Below are positions 55,769-64,000 of a stretch of 64,000 bases of DNA, piece by piece. The stretch is taken from the NCBI RefSeq assembly GCF_009914755.1, contig NC_060931.1. One strand, written 5' to 3'. The notes under the pieces are model-generated. The model saw only the letters and a list, made by a program, of their open reading frames with translations, was not told where the DNA came from and searched no databases. The stretch is from the human T2T-CHM13v2.0 reference genome, Homo sapiens. Numbering within the stretch: position 1 is the stretch's first letter; every line of letters starts with the position of its first letter. The position numbers and the translations under genes are program-made.

Positions 55769-56744
55769 GTAAGTATTTTCAGAATTTGTATGAAACAGTC
55801 CTCTGATTTTATTTGTATTCTTCAAAGGCTTAAGGTGGCTTTTTTCCTCTTTCAGTGCCATTATTCATATATTTTATAGAGAGATTTAAAAAATTATAAG
55901 AAAATCTACCTTAGAGATAAATGTCTTATTAGCCAATCATGTGGAATCAGGTTTTTTTTTTCTTTTTCCTTAGGCAGATGTTAACAGGAAAAGATAGTTC
56001 TTCATTTATCCTCAAACTTCTGCTTCAAGAGAAAGCTGCAAATAATGAGGCAGGATATTTTAAAAATTGTGTAAGGTTTAGTTCTAATAGCAGAGAGGCA
56101 GCAAAAATGTATACTTGGATTAAATATCTAAAAGCACTGATCTGGCACTAGTAATGAGCAGGTGGAGGGGTTTTTTGACTTGCAAGCAGAGTAGATTTAA
56201 AAAGGTCAGTGGCTGGTAGGCTGACATCTAGTTTAATGTAGTAGGAATTCAAATAATACTTAAATGTTTAAGTAACCTTTCATTTTTCCTTAAATAAGAT
56301 ATTAAGTAATATCTTGAAGTGAAAGTTTGTTTAGCAGTAAATGTCAGTCTTGGTAATGATGGAACTTTAATCCTGTTTACCATGTCCTCTCACTTTTATA
56401 TTACACGTGCAGTTGGATTTTTAAATGTGCCGTTTCACTGATTTCATTTTATCGGTTTAGAAATACAGCATACATTTTTGTAATATAGTGAAGTTTCTTC
56501 CAGCTGCTCAAATTAATTAAACAGGTTTAGTTTGGGATTTTTAATATGGAAAGTATATGTCATATATGCAAAATATTCAAGAAATACTGGAACTTCTCAA
56601 AATGTTACCAGTGATAATCAGTGTCTTCAACTCTTGTTTTTGATACGTGTGTGTGCATGTGCATTATCCCATTTTAGGAAGTAGAAGACATATAAATTAT
56701 ACTTTTGTTGTGTCTTTTTTTTTTTTTTTTCTCTATTTTCCTAG

Positions 56745-56783
56745 GACTAGTAGATGCTGCAGTCGATGCAGCACCAGGAGCAG
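56745..56783 (+). CDS. AKAP9: 39-nt in-frame cassette exon between exons 24 and 25 (Q replaced by RLVDAAVDAAPGAE)
   Basis: Long polypyrimidine tract then cctag|, CAG|gtgtgt donor, phase 1 to 1, no stops. Confidence 0.72.
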
Positions 56784-57036
56784 GTGTGTGTATACCATTG
56801 CATGGCCAATGTTTGGGTGGTAGACTTTAAACTCCAAAATGTGGGTGACCTGGATTTTCAGCCAACTAACATCTCTAGTTTTGCAGTGTTGCTGTTGTTC
56901 CATACTTACAGTTTTTCTCTTTAACAACAACAAATAAACTTTTCTTACAATAAAAGTACAAATTTTCATTTGAAATTAACATCTGAGATTCATACTGACC
57001 ATCATCTTATGATGTCTATTTTTGCATAGAGCTTAA

Positions 57037-57364
<328 letters not shown>

Positions 57365-58513
57365 ATTTTGAGTTTTTTAAGAAACCATTTAACAAATGTA
57401 TTAAACTCTTTCAATCTATGAGTTTTTAAAATGCTCCTTCTAAATCAGGAAGTATGTAAGATGATGGTAGCAAAAGGATCAGTGAAATTTAATAAGAGGC
57501 TCTCTGGTTGATTTATTTTTATGTTAACATCTAATGTTGTTTTAAAAGGAAAGCTGTTTTCTAGAGATTCCTAGTCCTGAGTACAATGTTGGCATACTAG
57601 TTAAAGACCCTAGGGATATGTTCTTTCCATTTTCTTCATTAGAAGATTGTTTTATTTTTACTATATACACTTTGTTATATTAATAATATTAATAGCTAAC
57701 ACATAGTGCTTACCATACCTCAGACACTCTTCTTTACATGTATTAACTCATTTAATGCCAAAATAACTCTAAGAGATCAGTAATAATATTATTCTCAGTT
57801 TACATATAAGGAAACTAAAGGACATCATCATAACTGTCACATGGGAGATAAGTGGCTGAGCTAGGTTGGGCCTACGGTCTGTTCTTAAGCACTACACCAC
57901 ACTACCTCTCATACATGTCAGTTTTCCCTTGATTCACATACATGTGACCATGCAAAAGCAACTCAGGAATATGGATCTAATAAGGAGTAAGACTAACAGG
58001 AAATTTCAATTATAGCTGTATTTATATTTCTGTAACTCTTAGACTTGCCTTGGTTAAAGATTTACAGTGTTTGATCTTCATGTTTATTGTGTATGCAAAT
58101 AAAATTGACTTTATGGGTTTGGAATGAATTGCTTTTTGCCTGAGGTGAAGAAAACGGTGAGTTTTTTTCTGTGCTTGAATTTAATTGGACTTTGTTCTTT
58201 GCCCAGTAGTAAAAATAGATTTTTTTTTTTTGGTCATTTGCTATGTTGTTTTCACAAAAATATTATTTTCAGTGACAGGACATATTTTTTGTTAATAATT
58301 CTGTATAATTTTATTAATAATTGCTTGTTTACTTATATAGAAATATTTTAATATAATTTTGATACTTTCATAAGAGAATATTTACTTTCATGTGTATTTA
58401 AAATAATTCTCAGCCTTTCATGAACGTAAAATTTGGACATAGTTATCAGGGATTTCATTATCATAAGATCATTAATTGTGATTTAATTCAGTATATTTTG
58501 TATTAATAAACAG

Positions 58514-58746
58514 AATTACTACAGGAGACAGAAAAATTAATGAAGGAAAAACTAGAAGTACAATGTCAAGCTGAAAAAGTACGTGATGACCTTCAAAAAC
58601 AAGTGAAAGCTCTAGAAATAGATGTGGAAGAACAAGTCAGTAGGTTTATAGAGCTGGAACAAGAAAAAAATACTGAACTAATGGATTTAAGACAGCAAAA
58701 CCAAGCATTGGAAAAGCAGTTAGAAAAAATGAGAAAATTTTTAGAT
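58514..58746 (+). CDS. AKAP9: AKAP9 exon 25, QLLQETEKLMKEKLEVQ...MRKFLD
   Basis: taaacag| acceptor, GAT|gtaagt donor, 233 nt, phase 1 to 0. Confidence 0.96.
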
Positions 58747-59709
58747 GTAAGTATTCTCAAGTTGAATACTGATTTTTCTCAGTGGAATGTTCTTTGCTAG
58801 TATACTAGGCTATGAATTTTAAATTATGAAAAGACTGTTGAGTTAGTTTTTCAGTGTTTTATTAGGTGTCGAATCTACTAATCGATCAAAAAGTACTATT
58901 CCAATTTAAGATTCCAATAATTTTTATTGTGCAGCACTCAGAATTAAAATCAGTACATTTTATTATGTATTGAATTATACATGATAAAAATTATGAATAA
59001 GCCCCACTAGTTTTCCAAATTCAGATCAGGAGCTTATTCTAGTTTTTTATTTAACCACAGACTAAGATAGGCAAAGAGATAATGGGCCACCACTGCTTCA
59101 CCTGTAAAAGATACACATAGAACAGTGTGGCCATTGGAAATGGGCCCGGAACAGTGGTCATGCTGCCATTACTCTCTTCCAAAAAGATGTTAAATCTCTA
59201 ATTTCACATTTTTTTTTCCTTTGAGATTTCACTTAAGCCTGATACTCTCTTCATAGATCAGAGAATCAGATTCTTACTCATTTTATAACTTTAGACATAA
59301 AACCTAGATTAGGATTCAAGAAACTGATTTACCAAACAATTTGTTTTATGGATTTTGTTTAATGGCTAAACTAACATGGAATTCCTCCTTTGTTCCAGAA
59401 AAGTAAATTCATTTTAAGGTGAATATTTTTTCATCCTGTATTTAATATTACTTGAATAAAAAAAGAAATGTACTTGAAATAATATTTTAATATTAATACT
59501 TGAATTTTTGTTGAGGAGGCCAAATAGGCTATATGGCATATAAAAAATAAAATGTTATCTTTTAAAACTTTTGTGATTTGGGATGTTCCATGATCATCAG
59601 TCCTTTGTCTTCAAACAAAACTAACATATCTCTAAAGGAGAAGTAAGAAATAATAGCTTCTCTAAATACTGTTTCTTCAGCTACTATCATTATTGTCATT
59701 AAACTTTAG

Positions 59710-59829
59710 GAGCAAGCCATTGACAGAGAACATGAGAGAGATGTATTCCAACAGGAAATACAGAAACTAGAACAGCAACTTAAGGTTGTTCCTCGATTCC
59801 AGCCTATCAGTGAACATCAAACTAGAGAG
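59710..59829 (+). CDS. AKAP9: AKAP9 exon 26, EQAIDREHERDVFQQE...EHQTRE
   Basis: actttag| acceptor, GAG|gtaaga donor, 120 nt, phase 0 to 0. Confidence 0.96.
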
Positions 59830-61361
59830 GTAAGAACTTCACTGATATTGCCCAACTTACAGTAATTTGTATCAAGTGTAAAATAAGATGCATATCATTA
59901 AAAACTTAAAAGTGGATTCTTTCCTTTGTATGTAAATCTTCAAAATCAGAAAACTTAATATTACTTAAGCATGAGAAGGTAATTAACCCTGAAAATTGTT
60001 GGTATTGAAATTTGGAATCATTTCCATCTGCATATGTCTTCTAGTATTTCTCAATTAAATAAACTCTGTTTATTTCTTTATTCCCATTCCTAACAAAAGT
60101 GATCAAGAGAGTTATCTGTGTTCACTGTTTACTTTCCCATTTCCTTTTCTCTTACTAGTCCACTCCAGTGAAGTATCCAGCCCTTGTTTCTCAGTAGGGT
60201 TATACCTTCTACTCCATTTAAATTGTTCTTGTGAAGGTGACCCAGAGCCTCATGGCTATGGCTAATATCCAACTCTGTCTCCATCCTCCTCAACCATTCA
60301 GAGGCATTTATTGCAGCCTTCTCCCAGAAATACTTCCTTCTCTTGTTTCTGTGACACAGCTACTCCACTGGTCTCTCTCCTCTAGTCTTTGTTTCTCCTT
60401 TTCCTACCCAGCATAAATGATGGAGTGCCCCAAAACTTACTCTTGGGCCCCTTTTTATTTCCTATTTATAGCCTCTTCCCAGGCAGTCATATATAAATGC
60501 CTCCACATTTGTATTTCTATCTGTGACATTTCTGTTAAGTTCCAGCATTGGATATCCAGTGCCTACTCTGTCTCTGCTTAGATGTCTCAAAATTAACATG
60601 TCCAAAAGAAAGGTCTTGATTCCTGATTAGCCACTACCAGAGAAAGACAAGCATAAAACATTTTTCTTCTTCATCTCAGTAAATTCTGTACCTTCTAACC
60701 TGCCCCATTGCTGAGAACTAGAATCAGCCTTGATTCTCCTTTCTCTCAACCCCTGATTCCAACCCACTGATGGGTCAGACTGCACTACATCTTTCTGTTA
60801 TTTGCACTTTTATTCATCTTCCTAAATCCCACTTGTCACTTGTTTGCCTGGATCACTGTGGTAGCCTCTTAACCAGTCTCCCTGCTTCTCCTTTTTCACC
60901 CCAACTGCCCATTTTCCTCATAGAAACATAGTCAAAACTCCACATTTACCAAATGAATGCTACATAAATGAGAGAGGATTCACTGTATGAATACCTAAAG
61001 ATGGCTTGTCATGGTGATAAAGACATTGTGCTTAGGGTAAGGCAATCCCAGTTTGTATCATGGCTCTGCCATTTACTAGGTTATGACAATAACTAAGTCA
61101 GTTAACCTCTCAAATCTCTGTTAATTCATTTCTAAAATAGAGATTGTAATAGCACCCACATCATAGGAGTGTTGACCTGGCACATAGTGAACACTTTAAC
61201 TAGTATTATTTCTGAAACAATTTTTATTTCGAATGTAATTTCTAAACAGTTCAGTGGATTTCATTTCTCTTAAAAGAAAGCCGAAGAAGTACAGAGTGCC
61301 AATAAACTCCTTATAATAAAATGTTGTATACTAGAGTAGTACAAAAGTTATCAGTCTCCAG

Positions 61362-61695
<334 letters not shown>

Positions 61696-62844
61696 TTATT
61701 GCCCCATTTCTGACAAACATATTTTTGGCTTTTAAAAAGTAGTCGTTTGTTGTACTTCAAAGAATATTTAAGCTCTAGAACCTAGGCTGTCATCTCCTAT
61801 TATGTAGTTTTCTTTTATTTGAAAAGGTTGGCCTGCTTTGCTCATGAAACTTTAAGAAACTAACAAAGATGTGCATGTTTGATTTTTTTTTTCTACTGTT
61901 GCACCATTTTATTGTACCTACATTGTTGCCTTTTTTCTTAACCTTACTCCAAATCTTAGTCAACTTATTATTATTAAAGTTTCTCCTCAGCAGCTTTTTT
62001 TTTCCTTTTTTTTCTTTTTCCCTTTAAAACTGACTGCACATATCAGTGACTTTATTGCTATCATCCTTGAACCTGAAATTATAGTTAAGCTTGCATTCTT
62101 TTAATGTTCTGAGAAATAACTGTCATTTTTTAGATAATTTCCTCAGAATATTTCACTGAAAAGAAAAGGTAGAATTACTTTATTTCTTACCATCACATGT
62201 CGCTTTTTTTAAAGTAAGCTTTCCTTCCTCACTTTCCATACAGTACAACTAATCCTTCCTGTCACAGAACCATTCACTTGAAGGGATCTCCATATCATTC
62301 TTAGGGAATAGGTCTTGGCATGCATCATTATTTTGGTTAAAGGAGAAACCAAGACTAGAGACATTTAGGGAAACCTTCAAGGTGCACAGATCCCTCTCAC
62401 ACCCCTTCATCCTTAGCTCTTTCCTGGGCTGATGGAATGTATAGATTGAAAAAGCTTTCCCAATGACTGTTTTCAAAATATAGTCCATAAAAGATTTATT
62501 TAGGTCATTTTATCTCATACAAGAGTAAATCAGTACCTGCAAATTTGTCATCTTCATTAGGATTTAGTGTGGTTGTGCCATTAGATAATTCAGCCTTATG
62601 AAAAATCCATTTTTTCCCCTCTTCCTAGGTGGAGAAAGTCTTAGTCTTAAGAGAAAGATTTTTTAAAGGATTACGTGAAAGCAATATTACTTGTGGTCTA
62701 CTAGTGTTGCTTAATTTTTTCAACTTGTAAAATGTCACCTTTGTTGGAGACAACAGTTGCTATCTTTATACAAAGTTAAATTAGCATAACATTTAAAAAT
62801 ACTTTTTAGAAAAAAATTTTTGAAATGAAGATATGTTTTATATG

Positions 62845-63254
62845 CATTGAGTATTCTTTAAAATGCTTGAGAGAAGTGTTTCAGATTTCAGATATTTTGA
62901 ATTTTGTAATATTTGCATTATACTTACCTATTCAGCATCCTAATTTGAAATGTGAAATGCTCCAATGAGCATTTCCTTTGAGCATGATGTCAGTGCTTAA
63001 AAAGTTTCAGATTTTGACCTGGGCTTGTTGGTGTGCATCTGTAGTCCCAGCTACTCAGGAGGCTGATGCAGGAGAATTGCTTGAGCCCAGGAGTTTGAGG
63101 CTGTAGTGCATGACGATCGTGCCTGTAAATAGCCACTGCATTCCAGCCTGGGTAACATAATGAGACTCCATTTCTTAAACAGACAAACAAAAACGTTTCA
63201 GATTTTGGAGCATTTTGGATTGTAGATATCCAAAATGAGGGATAACTCAACCTA
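62845..63254. mobile_element. Tigger4a/MER46-like DNA transposon containing an Alu monomer (63017-63192, +)
   Basis: ttgagtat...actcaacct TIR-like ends; internal aatgagcatttcctttgagc; the Alu is flanked by duplicated GTTTCAGATTTTG. Confidence 0.75.
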
Positions 63255-63312
63255 TACTAACTAGCTTGCTGAAATTTTTTTTAAATTAAATTTTTTGCCT
63301 CTTATATTTCAG

Positions 63313-63489
63313 GTTGAACAGTTAGCAAATCATCTGAAAGAAAAAACAGACAAATGCAGTGAGCTTTTGCTCTCTAAAGAGCAGCTTCAAAGGGATATAC
63401 AAGAAAGGAATGAAGAAATAGAGAAACTGGAGTTCAGAGTAAGAGAACTGGAGCAGGCGCTTCTTGTGAGTGCAGATACTTTTCAAAAG
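63313..63489 (+). CDS. AKAP9: AKAP9 exon 27, VEQLANHLKEK...ALLVSADTFQK; an alternative donor after 63465 removes VSADTFQK
   Basis: atttcag| acceptor; donors CTT|gtgagt (63465) and AAG|gtgtgg (63489), 24 nt apart. Confidence 0.94.
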
Positions 63490-63657
63490 GTGTGGCATTT
63501 TATTTGGGCTAACTTAATAAGTGTTTTAATGAAGAATACTCTTAAATTGTCAACTTCTTGTAGGTATTATTACATATTATGTTTATATCTCTGTTGACAT
63601 TGTAACCATTTCTGTTTGTTCTTATTTCCAAATGTTGCTTGCATGTCTTAGTCCTGA

Positions 63658-64000
<343 letters not shown>

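Overview
Human genomic DNA from the middle of AKAP9 (AKAP450/CG-NAP/Yotiao) on the + strand. Human origin is supported by a near-consensus AluYa5 and an SVA. Nineteen GT-AG exons (5711-63489) splice by hand into one stop-free frame of 3189 nt (1063 aa), mostly coiled coil. These match canonical exons 9-27; the numbering is from memory and agrees with S1570 and the 1643-aa Yotiao end. The introns hold about 33 Alus, a full-length sense SVA, a solo LTR22 nested in an Alu, and L1, L2, MIR, MER5 and Tigger4 relics. The most interesting layer is isoform architecture. (1) An internal first coding exon (51453-51698) encodes an 82-aa N-terminus that ends in a MYC-like phosphodegron and joins exon 23 in frame. 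(2) A 39-nt in-frame cassette exon is flanked by RBFOX and QKI motifs. (3) The Yotiao read-through/intronic polyA end is visible, with further candidate terminal exons. (4) A near-perfect hairpin with 48-bp arms and an old ~280-bp duplication lie just upstream of the putative internal promoter. I found no prokaryote-type system and cannot check novelty; several of these isoforms are probably already annotated.
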